A stretch of 62,575 nucleotides of DNA, the filler included, from Choristocarpus tenellus KU-1152 (taxonomy: Eukaryota; Protista; Phaeophyceae): assembly GCA_964200185.2 (NCBI GenBank). It is 12 parts of 12 records of this genome, joined end to end, with 100 filler letters (N's around TTAATTAATTAA, not from the genome) between each part and the next. Parts side by side here need not be neighbours in the genome. Positions count along the whole stretch, not along the records: positions 18,894 to 27,732 come from CAXNAD020004271.1; positions 27,833 to 32,072 come from CAXNAD020015534.1; positions 32,173 to 39,942 come from CAXNAD020005609.1; positions 40,043 to 43,682 come from CAXNAD020018794.1; 8 more parts are not named here. One strand, given 5' to 3'. Made by a program: the position numbers and the translations under genes. Below, in pieces: positions 26,273 through 43,782 of the stretch (the first letter of the stretch is position 1; each line of letters begins with the position of its first letter). The notes under the pieces were generated by a model. It did not search any database. It was not told the origin of the DNA and saw nothing but the letters and a program-made list of their open reading frames with translations.

Positions 26273-26483
26273 TGATGAACATCTACTCCCAATATTTCAT
26301 GACCAGGACCCTTTGTCCTTCGATGAGGTTATACTGGAAGACGGGAGGAAACTGTTAGTTCATAAGGCATCTGGAATTTTTGTTAATCCTGATCCATCGA
26401 AAATCAGGATTAACACTTCCAGTATAACCTCATCGAAGGACAAAGGGTCCTGGTCATGAAATATTGGGAGTAGATGTTTATCA
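26273..26483. repeat. 68-bp near-perfect inverted repeat with 75-bp loop
   Basis: Arms 26273-26340 and 26416-26483 are reverse complements with 1 mismatch; peptide HLLPIFHDQDPLSFDEVILE appears on both strands in the ORF track. Confidence 0.95.
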
Positions 26484-27262
26484 GGCTCGTTTTCCTTGAA
26501 CTCTTCCGCCATCAAAACCAGAAATCGGTTTGAAGTTGTGTGGAACGTACTTTGTCTTCTCGATCGAACTGTATGCCAATCAGAATGATTTGGCATATGT
26601 GCCCCTGTCACATCTCCAAAATGTCACAGGGCATGATAAAAATAATAATAGAGTGTTTAGTTTTCATTGGTGTCCCCCCTCACACATCCGCAAAATGTCA
26701 CAGAGCATAATAATAGAAGTAGTAATAGTAATAATAATACTAATAATAGCAATAATAACACTAACACTAAAATTATAATAATCTAGCAATAGGAATAGCA
26801 ATAATAACAGAGAGAGGAAATCAATCATGATGATGATCGTATGTCGTGGCAATGGACAGTGGTTGGTGATGAACATAACTAAAAACGGCGATGGTGATGT
26901 AAATGAAGTACTACTACTTACCATTAATACTACAATTAATAGCAAGTGATGATGGGGGTGGAGTGGACAACAACGGCGAACAATAATCATCACCCTACCT
27001 ACTAAAGACAACAACAACGATAATGAAAAGGAACGAGAAGGAATGAACCAAGACACTTCCCATCAACTTCTTAACGATATCTATCACGGTTAGTAATATT
27101 GTCTGTTACATGTTCTTCTACTACTCCTAATATTACCCCAAAATATGAACTGAGGTGATTACTGTCTGTAATGTGGCAAATATCGTCGTATTTCTCCTGA
27201 AAGAAGTGCCCTCCTTGTAGTAGTTTTACAGGCTGGAGCTGTAAGTAGGGCAACTTTACCAG

Positions 27263-27572
27263 TGGTCAAAATCATAGGGGCTCGTTCTCATGAAATCAGT
27301 GATTACCGATTCTCAGCAAGTAGTGCTGGTCAAGTATCCAGGTAGTGTGTGCGCTTTACGGAACCCTTCTCTCTCCCTGCTGTTCTCACTGACATACAAT
27401 CGAGTCCTGTGAGCTTACCCCTGCCGTGACTCAGGGGTATGGGGGAAGACTGAGCTTGTCAGAGCACACAACAAAATTACATCTAAGTCCGAATGAGGGA
27501 CATTTGACATGAACTCAATCGAGACTCAGGGATGTATCCTATCTACAGAGTATTATTGTTCTTATTATTACA
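27263..27572 (-). repeat. Candidate 5' LTR of the gypsy element
   Basis: Minus strand TGTAATAAT...TTTGACCA followed by C-TGG (PBS-like); second LTR not available to confirm. Confidence 0.5.
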
Positions 27573-27647
27573 TGTAAGATGCATCTATCAACATTTATAA
27601 TACCACTCCCAGCATTGCACAGCATGCTCTTACTTAACATACCAGCA

Positions 27648-27732
27648 GGCTCAAAGTATCTGGGGGGCGGGGGGGGGGGGGGGGGGGGGCCCCCCCGGGG
27701 GGGGCTTTGGGGTCCGTGGGGGAAAAAAAAAA
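27648..27732 (+). mobile_element. MITE family B end, cut at contig break
   Basis: GGCTCAAAGTATCT followed by a G-run, then low-quality sequence. Confidence 0.7.
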
Positions 27733-27832
27733 NNNNNNNNNNNNNNNNNNNNNNNNNNNNNNNNNNNNNNNNNNNNTTAATTAATTAANNNNNNNNNNNN
27801 NNNNNNNNNNNNNNNNNNNNNNNNNNNNNNNN

Positions 27833-28004
27833 AAAGAGCTGTGCGGTGTTGGCGTGTGCCAGGGTGCAGTGGAGGCAGTGATAATGCTGCTGCCTGGCGT
27901 TGACCCTATGCCTTCTCAACGACCTGGCTCTGGAGAAGTCCTTGACAACCTGTTCATGTCTGTTGCCCTGGCCTGTGAAGTGGTGGGGAGGTCAAAGGAT
28001 GTGG
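27833..28004 (+). CDS. Partial exon of an unknown protein
   Basis: Open frame from contig start, KELCGVGVCQGAVEAVIMLLPG..LFMSVALACEVVGRSKDV, ending at GTGAGG donor. Confidence 0.35.
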
Positions 28005-28799
28005 GTGAGGTGGAGGGGGAGAGGTAGGGAGAAGAGGAGAGGAAGATGGAGGGATGAGCAAGGGAGGGGCGTACATGGGGAGGATTTAGATAGATGCTGA
28101 AATTTTGACACATACTCCAAAGTACTCTGTAAGGGGGCAACAGAAGGAAATGTATTTGAAATATTTGACTTGTACTTGAAATTGCTGTAAGGTGTCCATT
28201 TATGTATGGTCCAGATAGTGCACTGTAGTAGATATGTTAGTAATATTCTTCATCTCTTGGTAGAACTTATGGGGAATCGAATCAACACACATCTCACTCA
28301 ACAATATATGTTCTGGTGTCAACTTTTACATTGAGTACTACGTATATTGGTGGAAATTGTCAGAAGAATTATTTTCCTGCCTGGGGGCAGGATTTCACAG
28401 TATTAGGCTACACCACAACAAAAAGGCATGAGTAGAATTATGCCGGGGAGAAACTGCAGAAGTAGTAGGCTAGCTATTTGTGTACTAGTCGGTCCATGGA
28501 TCATGTATAGTGTTTGTTGTGAGTAAGTACATAGAATATGCTTGGAGTCAAAGTATTCTTAGCATATCACCTTTTTGCTGATACTGTGCTGAAGTACGAA
28601 CGATAATTCAACCACCTTCTTGAATTCGTAAAAATAGGAGGACTATACTCCGCTCACCATACTCAAAGTGCTTATGGTCGGGTCTTATTGGTGTTCAGAT
28701 TTCGTGAGTTGTGAACGTGAGCAAGGACTGGTTGGAAATCGGAAGGAATACACTTAGTGATTGGTGACGTCTATATCAAATATTTGCTCCTACACAAAT

Positions 28800-30900
28800 A
28801 TTAGTCACCTGTTCCATCCAATATGGAATGTACACATCTTCTACTAGTGTCCTTCGAACTTATCATGAACCCTTCCTTGTGCCTATAATTCACGCAAACA
28901 TAATCCCATCAAGGCACAGACTAAGTATTCCATCTGTGCATCTTCTTATTGGGCACTCTAAACACACCTCTCTGAACAATACAAGACTTGAATTCATGTA
29001 CCCAGGAGTGCTACGCAGAAGGTTTTAATAGCGCAATCAGCTAGAGGGAAATGAATGCTAGGCAATTAATTTGTGCACACAATGCAGCAAAATGCCAGGT
29101 TCACATCCTGGATTTTCTCAACAAGAAAAGTGCAAGTAGTGTACATGGAGGTGATGTAGAGATCATCCCATGCACAAAACATGGACAATATATGTCGACA
29201 CTGCATCAAACATAGGCATACCCACCGCTCACCCATTCAATACAGTCAATATATGGGTACACACTCTCACTTGCTTATCATATATTTGCATGGGTGTCAT
29301 AATTTGATCAGTGTAAAGAGAACAATGGCTTCCCCTTGAGACAAGGGCTTGACCCAATAAATGTGCAAACCCCCGACAGACTATCCCTTGGACGAACCTA
29401 TCTACTATATCAATTTGATACTTCTGTCTTGTCTCAACAACAGCAGGAGCAGAACAATAGCAATTGTCGTGGTGGTTTTGGAAGCCATTTGAATCAATGA
29501 AGACCCTGGTCCTGCATGATTTTGTCCAAAGCACGATACTGACGTGGTACGTAAATTTTGATCGGCTCTTACTCTATAATAATAATAGTTACTAGGTAGT
29601 GAGGCATTGCGTGTATACTGTCAATTCGTAATTCACTCTACAAAATTAGTGACTTGTATGTTCATCGTTTAACGATAATAATTGCCATTTCCAACACTTA
29701 AGGCCCTTCATATGCTCACTTATTTCGTTTATTTTTTACTGCACCTACGTACTATTCTTCAATTAACGCAGAAGATCTGGAGACTACTTCAAAACTAACA
29801 GAGGTTTACGATTGGGAACTTTTATCGTTGTCGTATTGTCGTAGCCAAGCTTTTGAAGTAACATCAGAAATAATAACGTGGTTACATTTGTTTGGGACCC
29901 ACCCACCACTTCAATATAACATAAATGCCTTATTTAGTTACTCTAGTCAGTCACCGTTCAGAACACGAAATTATTTAGTAGAGGAAATAAGAACTTGTGG
30001 CAGACACAGATTTTCTGGGTACTTCAAAACAATATCATTTTAGCGAACGTTAGAAAAGTCATCCTCAGTAAGAGCTGTCGAAACCATGTTCTTAGAGGGT
30101 TACTAGCAGCATTGATTGGTTCATGTAGACTTTGTAGAAAAATGTTACCTAAATTGACAAGGGATGAAGTCGTATTAAGGATATAGGGTTCAATGCTTCG
30201 AAGGAAGTGGTGTTCCTACCAGACATATTCTATCCAACTAACGTGTGGAAGACCTAACCGCTTTGACCTGCGTTCAGATTGTGCTTAACAGATTGCAGGC
30301 CTTGGCAAGTCTAACAAGGCCTACCTACCCTTCACGAAAAACCCGATAGTGACCAATCCTCACTCTGTTTCGTATTGGGAGGATATCATTTGACCGAGTG
30401 TGCCGATTGACAAGTTTCGTAGTGAGTTTTTTGCGTAGTGGTTGCTATTGCCTACTACTTTTGTTGTGAAAGATGTTAAAATAGAAGGTGCATTGTTCAG
30501 GAAGTTGGCAGGCGCGTGATTAAAGAAGTTGGAGTGAAAATAATTCAAAATCATGCGCACTGAAGTTATCTTATATTTTTGGGCAATCCAACAACGACCA
30601 TCCTGTATCACAATCTTCACTTCCCAAACCGTCACCCTTGAGTATGGCATACAGAGAAGTGATAGTCACCATTCTCCCTCCCGAACAGGAGTGACAATTT
30701 AGCTAACATGTGAAGGTAGGGAACTGTACGAAGCAGCATTTTGCGCCTTCAGCCAATATGCCCCATGCGCCACCAATGCGATGACATCATGGTGGTGGTA
30801 CCTGTGCCATGGGTGCTGCTATCTTCGTGATGGCAATACCTCCTATTGTGACCCCCTTTCCCTTTCTGACAAGTCCTACAAGCAGTTACACACCCAGGCT
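28800..30900 (-). pseudogene. Highly eroded Ty1/copia-like relic
   Basis: Fragments resembling the gag knuckle (C..RMGHIG, ~30750-30790) and RT VGMPMFDAVST (cf. VGSLMYAAVxTRPD, ~29190-29225) in the correct order; many stops. Confidence 0.3.
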
Positions 30901-32030
30901 CGCTCATCATGTGTCAGATAATAGTTGCCTGGGTGTTCTGTGAAATACCGCAGTACTTAACCTGTCTATGTGGGAGTCTGAAGAAAGAGAAAAATAATTA
31001 CAACAGTAATGCAACTCTCCACTCAGTATGCAGATGTTGCTGTTGTGACTTCCAGTACATACAGGGGCAGCTTTTTCTTTCTTTTTATCACTAACTGATC
31101 GTTGTTGTCATGGGACGTCTGAAGACAGAAAATGTATGCAAATAGAGAAGGTAGCATTATGGATGTCTGGTGGACTGTGCGTATATGCATGTGTTACATT
31201 GCCAGTAGTATACATACGTTGCCTGAATGTTGTCTAGTGCTGCTCTTTTTTCAGAAAGTATTATATTTTTCTCGTTTCCAAAACAATTTATTTACGTTCC
31301 CTTCAAAATGGAGGCATTTGAAATATATATTTTGTACCGATTGCTGGGTGCGAAGTGGTGGATCTTTGCCACCATTATATCGCCAGACACAACCCGCTGT
31401 GAATTGTAGGTACCTGCAGTCCCACAGGTTCGTTGAAGATTGTTTATGATGGGATGGTTGACCGGTATTTATGTATCTGGCGGGGCCCTGCCCTGTGAAG
31501 CCTTCACGATTAGTTTACAAGTCCCTGCTGGTCACTTTGAAGGTCAATTTACGCACATATCCCCACACGTAAACACCACGTATACCTCGCTTGATCAACT
31601 AAATTTGCATAGGCACAAACAGACCCTCAACAACCCCCCCACCAACCCCTCCAACAACCCCCTAGCCCCCTCTATTCAGGCACAGCTCGTCCTTGCTCCT
31701 ACCCAACACAATCTACCCTGTCTGTGCCATTCCTCCTGATACTGCCAGTGCACCGTGGCTGGTGGCTGCTGGATTTTTTTATCTTTTTCCCCTGGTACGG
31801 ACTACACAGCTCCCTCCTGTGCCTTTCCCCTTCCTGTTGTGCTCCAGTGTCATGGTTACCACCATCATGGCAGACATTTTGCCCAACCTCAGGCTCTATC
31901 AGTTTTCCCAGGCATACACCCCCCTAACCACTCCTTTCCTCCTGGAGCTGCTGGAGCCCTTACGTCACTAACTGGCATGCCTTCAACTGCTTCTTCCCCC
32001 ATTGCACAGCCCCTAATTGATACCTGTTCG

Positions 32031-32072
32031 GAATCAAAGTATCTTGGGGGGGGGGGGGGGGTTTGGGCGGGG
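32031..32072 (+). mobile_element. MITE family B end, cut at contig break
   Basis: GAATCAAAGTATCTT followed by a G-run. Confidence 0.65.
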
Positions 32073-32172
32073 NNNNNNNNNNNNNNNNNNNNNNNNNNNN
32101 NNNNNNNNNNNNNNNNTTAATTAATTAANNNNNNNNNNNNNNNNNNNNNNNNNNNNNNNNNNNNNNNNNNNN

Positions 32173-32252
32173 AAATGCACTTTTCCTGATTTTCGTCTAA
32201 ATGGACACCCTGGTGTAGACCCCCCCCCTCCCCCCCCCAGATACTTTGGGTC
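32173..32252 (-). mobile_element. MITE family B, partial copy at contig start
   Basis: AAATGGACACCCTGGTGTAGA-C-run-AGATACTTTGGGTC, the reverse complement of the family B left end. Confidence 0.85.
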
Positions 32253-33520
32253 TAACCATGTTTTGAAAAGGTTTGTTGGGGTTATTGTGGTTTTAGAAGT
32301 ATCTGAGTCAAAGTAAACGAGAGGTGCCCAGAGTTGCACTTTAAGGATGCTGACAAATATGTCCAAAACTCGACTTTTGACGAATATGTGTAGGGCATTT
32401 TCTGAACTGTGTCGGAAGAAGTTCCAAATAATAAAGAAAAAACGCTCTCAAGTCAAACTTAAAACTTCTATAGAAATATGGGTGAATTACAAAAGAATGA
32501 AAGACAGACTTAAAATACAAATCGGACAAAAGCTGAATACCTCTCGTTTATTTGCCACACTACCTATTTCAGCTCTTGTGATTAAGTGATTGATTAAGCG
32601 AGTTGAAATAGTACGTTCTCAGAGAAATCTGTTTTTGATTATTGAAAGTTCATGCGGTGTTTGCTGCGGAACCGCTTGCCCACTTGTATTGTCCTATCTG
32701 TCGCCGTACCACACAAGAACGTGGGAACCCAACACGATATCGCAAGGGCCCCTTCCAAAGCGATACTGAATGTGTCCATCACGAGGTTTGAAGGAGGAGA
32801 CGGAGAGGGAAGAGGTGGGATAGCTGAATCCAATGTACGAGAAGGTGCATTCCTCTCGCTTGCACAGAGGTGAGCGTCATATCTAGTGTTGGATATCATA
32901 CCTGAGTGAAAAATGCATTTAAGTTGTAGACTTCTTTAGTTCAACCGTTTGTTAAAACTGTCTGTTTCTGTCATGCCCCTAATGATCATACTCTGTTAGA
33001 AATCTTCATGAGTTGATCTTTGTGATAAGAGTCGCCTAGTAGTAAACCTATTTTGTGTTGGCGTAGGGTCGCCTTAAAAGGGGCCATGTACTACAATCCC
33101 TACTTCGCACTTTAGAAAAAATCAAAAAATAGAAAAAATCAAAAAACGTCCTTCCAACCCTAGAAGACTAACCTTTATCAATCCAATAATGAAAGTATAT
33201 TCAGTTACAACTCCACCACGAAAGGTCACCCTAAACAGATGACGACTATAGAAAGTGGAGTATGCCAAACCTCTACACTACTGCGCCGTTGTGATACCCT
33301 TCTTCACCGCGTATTTGATAATCCTCCTTGAACATTGTAGATGATAACCCGACCTGATCCTCCATTTGCGAATATCTCACCAGAGTTTGGCGTTCATAGT
33401 GTGTTGTAGTGTGTGCGAGGACGGGAAAGGACCACGCCCACTCGGTTGTGAAATTGTTTTGGAGGTGTTGATTGAATATCTATCCAGACATCCATACACG
33501 ATTTAGGTCAGCCAACGATC

Positions 33521-37710
<4,190 letters not shown>

Positions 37711-38449
37711 TACCTTGCCTTACAGGATTACCATTAAAAGCACCTGGCCAAGTACATCCAAGGGAGGCATGAATGGGGAGAGACGAGGTTGTCGAACACT
37801 GGTTATCCAAGGGGAGGGAGATGCTTTGATACTTAGGACATGATTTAAGGCAACAACTTCCAAGTGCCAAGTTTCCATTTACAGCCAATCTTGAGTGCAA
37901 TTCCAACCAGCTGAAATGAGAACCTGGGTCCAAGGATAGGGAGGGTGGGTGTGTATGGTTGATGGCTTACAGTTTTTTGCTTAGGTGGGTCCAAGCCGGT
38001 ATCATTATCATACTCACTCATGGAGCAGGGAATGACAAGGAGCTATTGGTGACAGAATAGGAGGAGAGATGACAACAACCCAAGCTTGGGAAGAGAAATA
38101 GAAAATCTCTTTCACCTTCACTTTCTATGACGGGGCCCTATTGGTCCTACCCTACATGTTGAAAGCTTATAGTTCTCACTATTGTCTTGATCACCACAGC
38201 AGTGAGAGGATTATGGTTCTCTCATCCTTCCAACTAGGGTGGCCAAGCTACCAGGAGTGGGTGGGTTGAGGGCTGGCAGGAATGATACAGGGTATAATAG
38301 GTTACTTCACGAAGTACATAATAGTAGGGCTGCAATCTGATTCTGTATATTTAAGATAAATTAGTTTGTTATGGTATATTAATAGAGACGCAGCTCTCCT
38401 GTTAGTAAGAGCAAGAGAGGTAGGAGCCCAAAGAACTTCTTAAGGAGAG

Positions 38450-38830
38450 CTTGGCATGTAGTAGTATGACCCATATCTGTTGTTTCAGTCCCTATATACA
38501 TTTACCTAGCTGATGTAGTACACCTGATCTCTTACAGGCTATTAGTGTATGTATCACTACCCGTACTTTAACTGGCGCAAGCATCAAGTATGCGAATGGA
38601 AAGTCCAAATGGAAAGTTACAAAGTATACATCTTTGACTTGTCCAGCAATAAAAGGGTCCCCATTTCCAATCTTCTCGTGTCACATCTGATCTCCCAAGT
38701 GTATATTTGTTACTTTTTTTTTGCTAGTCTGGGAGTCACAAAGTACAGTTTAGGATCGACTTTTTGTATTTTGTTGATGAATAAACTCAAGATCCCTACA
38801 TCATTCATGATTAAGGATCTGCTTGACGAT
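38450..38830 (-). pseudogene. Eroded gypsy RT fragment
   Basis: DVTREDWK..F......FPFGLS on minus strand (cf. VxxEDxxKTAF..MPFGL). Confidence 0.35.
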
Positions 38831-40570
38831 TGCCTATCTCAGATCCGCCCATAGGACGAGTATGGAGCGATCCACCTTGACCTATGTTGCTAGAGTCACA
38901 GCTTTCGATCTTTCAAGTTCGGTAACTTCCCCCTTTCACAGATGCTCAACGTCGTGTCTCAGGCTTCCAGTGTCATCAGTCGCAGAGTTTTACACTAACT
39001 TGGGGCTGTCGGGACTAGAATTTTTTAACACAAACCACCCCCCCCCCTTCACTGGTCGTGAAGTGGCCAATAATTCTTGGGATTTTCGGAACTAGCTGTT
39101 TTCTCCCTGAAAGATCGTGCCTCAAATTATCTGTACTACTACAGTTGTTCCACAAAATCTGTGGCACATGTAGAACTTCTCAGAGTGCCCCCCCCCCTCT
39201 ATGCTCTCCCCATTGTAAATGTTTTGTGGAATTTGCGGAGTTAGTCGAAAGTACAATATTATGTGTAATAATGGCATGTTCAGCAACACAGCACTTGAAT
39301 ACCTGCCTTGGGTACTGTGCTTTTCTCCTGCAGCATTTTAGGAGATAAGGACTGGCTTCGTTTAGTTGTAAAGTTACATGTCAAAACGTTTTAAACACTC
39401 ACTACGCCAACACTGACTGTGTCGCCTGCAGTTGTAGATTTTTTTTGCCTGCCCCTGGTGTCATACATCAATTGCACCTGCCAGGAACAGGGCAGGCTCT
39501 CCCACCTCCACAGTAGAATGCCGTCTTCATCTCTCTATTGGCATTGGATGCACACCTCTGGTGGTATTGCCACTAACTATGGTGAAAGAGATGGAAAGGC
39601 TCTGCCGCCTAGAAGATAAAGTTCTCCAGCGGAACCTGGAGGAGAGGGCCAGGGGAGGCCTGTGGTGGGCAGGGGCTGTATCAATATAGGAAGTAGATCT
39701 CGTAAAATAACCTACCTGTGTAACCATGGGATCTGCATAACTTTGGAGTTAAAAGTGGACAACACAGAATTCTTATCTAATGACTGATTGTATCAAAGAC
39801 AGAAGTCGAGGGCCCATACAGACACCAGACAAAATAGTGCCACAATACTTCGTGGTTACAAACCCTCAAACACGTTTGGCAAAATAGTTGGGCTACGGAT
39901 TGAAGAGAAGGGGGGGTTGGGGGTGTCTAACGATTAATACAGNNNNNNNNNNNNNNNNNNNNNNNNNNNNNNNNNNNNNNNNNNNNTTAATTAATTAANN
40001 NNNNNNNNNNNNNNNNNNNNNNNNNNNNNNNNNNNNNNNNNNGGGGGGGAGAAGCGAAGGAATTTATGAGGTTTTTCTCATATATATATATATTTATTTG
40101 GAAAAATTGGGGGGGGGGGGGGGGGGAGAGATGTTTTGGATGGGATAGTGAGTTCATTTTGTGTGCGTGTTTGTATATATATTTTTTTGTTTGGGGGAGA
40201 AGGGGGATTAAGAAGGGTTAGGGTTGTGGTAGTATGCCTATATATTTTTTGGCTTGGAAAGTCGAGTTTGTTTCGTCGTTAAGCAAAAAACAAAATAGTA
40301 TGCTAGTACACAAAAATTGACTGACCTCACACATCAACTTCTATGTGATTTAGCCCTTCCTTTTTTTATTATTCCTGGCTAATGAAGAATTAGGGTTAGG
40401 GTTAACTCTTGGAATATAGAACTACTATGATCTTGCACAGTCTTGCTTGACTCATTGGCTACCAAAAAGTGTTTCCTTGTCTCCCACCCACCTACCACCA
40501 CACACACCCCAATCCTGGCTGTCAATACCATTTAATTTGTTTTCTGACTTTTGTGATGTGTGTGCACTAG

Positions 40571-43562
40571 TCATCATCCAAGGCTGCCACAATCGGATCG
40601 CAGACAAAGCTGCAGCCTCCTCCTGGTCAGAGGTCGCTACTGAGCTTCATCACAACAGCCACAAAGGTATGAACTAAACATATGTATGCTTTATTGCCCA
40701 AGGTCTTTGTCATACTTTCTTATTTTTAGTCTTTCCCCTCCCCATTCCCCTCCCCCCACATTTTTTTTGTCTAAAAAATCTCAATTTTTCGTAATGGGTA
40801 CAATGGGTACAAGACAACCGATTATTATATCGCTTTATTATATTTTCTTGGGTTATGTATATTGTTAAGCAAAGAATGTAGGAACAGACCCCAAATATGT
40901 CTCTTTACTAGTTACCTTCCCCCCCCCCCCTCATTCCTCTTGTCATAATTCATGGCAAAGTTGAACCAAATACTCTAGATGCTGTACTTATACTCTGCAT
41001 TTGTTTCAGCGGGGTTGATGATTCATCCTATCCAAAAGGAGGTACCATCCTATCCAAAAGGGGGTACCATCCTATCCAACCAGCACTACAAGAAAATGAG
41101 GGATTGGACATGTTGCAGGCGTACGTGTTGGAAGCGGTTCATGGCAGGCTATTTGGACAGAAAGTAGTGTGATGTATAGGAAGGAAGGAAGGGGGAACGC
41201 CTACCCAACGTAGAGAAAAAAAAACTCGACATTTTTTTTATACCCCTTCCCACTCTGCCCTCGACTGTTGAGAGAGGAAGATAACAAATTTTGTACCTCT
41301 TGCCTGGAATCGTTCAATAATAATAATTATTATTATTATTACTCCAGATTATATTTAATATGCCTGGGGGTTTTATCAATGCTCTCGCAACTGGCGTGTA
41401 CGTTCCTGATATCATGTCTATTCTATGGCAGGGGTATTTTGATCGCCTTAGCAATGACATGCTATAGACATGGAATAGACATGGTATCTTTGATCACGGG
41501 CATGTCTATACTCCCTGGTACCACCTCTACCGGTATCTTTGATTAAAGCAGTAGCAGTAGCAGCAGTAGTGTTTGTTGTTTGTTTGTTGTCAAAAGGCAC
41601 CCGTGATCACACGCTCATGAGTCCTCTTAGTCCCCTACCTCTCTTCCCTTCTGGCCTCCTCTCGGATGTACACTGTGTCAATATATATATATATATATAA
41701 TTATTGCCAATATATGCATATTTATTATATTATATATGAAAAAATTCTCCCCGGGCAGGATGAGTCCTCCCCTCTGCCCAAGCCTTCTCCTAAGGCCATC
41801 GCCAAGGTCCTTTTTGGACCTTCTGCAACTACACCAACTACTGCTGCACCCCAGCCCAAGGCATCGCCATCCGCCCCCCTGGTAGAGACTGATGAAGGGG
41901 AAGGGGCAAGGGCAAGGGCAGGGGAAGAAGGCGAAACCCAGCATCGGGAGAATATTTTGATATTCTGTACACCGCCAGCGAAGGTGATGTTCTTCCCGTA
42001 CCACACACCCCTCTATCTTTTTTTGTTTTCTAAGCTGCTTTGTGTGATGTGCTTTTTAATTTGGATTTGTCTGTCTGTCTGTCTGAAGAGAGGGGTATTT
42101 TGTGGTAGCTGTAACTGATTTTGATTTATTGTCAGTTTTTTCCACCAGTGTGTTTTGATATTATTTTTTATTTTATTTTATTTTATTTTGGATTTCTTTT
42201 TGTAATGGTGAAGAGGTCATCAGTCTTGATTAAGGAGGATTGACGTACTACAACTGCCATTAAGGAGGATTGAATTAAAAAAAATCTGTACATACAATAT
42301 ATATCTATACATACAAACAGTATGTATCGAAGTAGTCCTTACTATTAATAGGTATTAATTGGCGATAGTACAACATGTATCCCCTACTACCTTCTTACGA
42401 TTGTCGCCTTTTTTGTTTAACAACAACCCTCAAGACTCTGGGCCAGGGTCAGGGCCAGGGGGTAATGTTGGAGTCTTCCTCCTCAAGCAAGGGACCGGAT
42501 GCTGAAGGGGGGTGGGAAGAGAGCAAGGAGGGTGAACCTCCCATGGGAAGGGTCATCCCTGCCCGTCAGGTGAACAGCTACAAGAACTCTCCCCATCCAT
42601 GTACCCATCTGATTGCCTTACTCCAAAACTAACCCCTATTGGATGTTAGTGTACAATGTGGGTAAATGGAAGGCTGTACAGTGTGGGTGTGAGCAACATG
42701 CAACCTAATCAGTGCTTGGGTCTACATGTGGAGCATACCCGAGGGAGGGAACTATTTTTAATACTATATTGCTTAAGTACACGGGTCAAAATGCCAACAG
42801 TGCTTTTGATTTAACGTCTCATTGGTGTTTGTTGAGACATAGAGGTTTGTATAGTGGTGGGAAGGACTGTGTCATGAGAAGGTCAGATTGAGAAGGAAGA
42901 AATAATTAGAGGAGTGAAAATCTGGGGGGGAGGTTTTGTTCATATATATATATATCCCTTTCATTATTTTGAGTTTCCCTGCCTACAAAAAAAATCTTAA
43001 AAGGGGGGGGAGCTGGGAGAGGATTTGATCTTTGTGGATTCTTGTTGTCTGATCACACCTGAGTCCTGATCCACTGTACCTTATCTAGTCAAGGGTGAAA
43101 AGTATGTCATAAAAGTGTCAAAAGTTCAAGCAAATGTCTGTGTCAGTCAGGAGACCATCTACAAGGAAGCACCTCTTAATGCCCACCCCCCCAAACTTAC
43201 GCCCTAGGCTCCCCACTCCCCCAGTTACATATCCTGGAGCTATAATGGCCCTTAGTCCTTATTTGTTCAATATTTATCCCCCCCCCTCCCCACTCTGTAC
43301 TCTTTTGTAGTAGATTCTTACTCCATGCAAAGAGGCATGGGATGTGGCTGCTGCTAGACCGACCCTGTGTTTGGGTGCTCCACCCACTCAAGGATTCAGC
43401 CTGGGTCTTCCTAGCGTAGAGGATGAGAATTTTGGCAGCGCTTCTATGGCCAATGTGGTCGGCCTGGGGGCGACAGAGCAGTATGGGAAGAGAGGAAGGA
43501 CAGAAACTGTTGAGGAAACGAAAGAGGTTGATATGGAAGTGGAGACGGGGGATGAACGATGA
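40571..43562 (+). CDS. Last four exons of an unknown protein with a disordered C-terminus
   Basis: Phase-0 exons 40571-40666, 41759-41983, 42435-42569 and 43314-43562, each a multiple of 3, AG/GT-bounded and stop-free until the terminal TGA. Confidence 0.65.
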
Positions 43563-43782
43563 ATATTGAGTGCTATAATGTTCTGAATCAAACATTCATT
43601 TCATTCAAGGGCAGGTGTGGGTTGTGGAAGAATGACGATACCGCTGGGCTTCACTCAGGGGGGTCAAGCACTCAGGGGGGGGNNNNNNNNNNNNNNNNNN
43701 NNNNNNNNNNNNNNNNNNNNNNNNNNTTAATTAATTAANNNNNNNNNNNNNNNNNNNNNNNNNNNNNNNNNNNNNNNNNNNN

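Larger units (their letters stand above)
18894..27572 (-). mobile_element. Ty3/gypsy LTR retrotransposon with C-terminal chromodomain, frameshifted, 3' LTR lost at contig edge
   Basis: Domain order gag-PR-RT-RH-IN-chromo on minus strand; candidate 5' LTR 27263-27572; PBS-like TGGTAAAGTTG next to it; PPT-like AAGGGG at the contig edge (18894). Confidence 0.9.

Noticed and set aside
26664-27056. 130-aa hydrophobic ORF resembling a membrane/env protein
   Set aside because: Arises from AAT/AAC/GAT trinucleotide-like low-complexity sequence in the gypsy leader; env would also be expected downstream of pol
32648-32869. GC-richer segment ending in GTGAGC, possible extra exon upstream of the kinase
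   Set aside because: No recognisable product, and the kinase has its own ATG at 33521; could be UTR
41024-41079. 22-bp local triplication (CATCCTATCCAAAAGGRGGTAC); similar 25-bp one at 59191-59262
   Set aside because: Ordinary slippage duplications in introns
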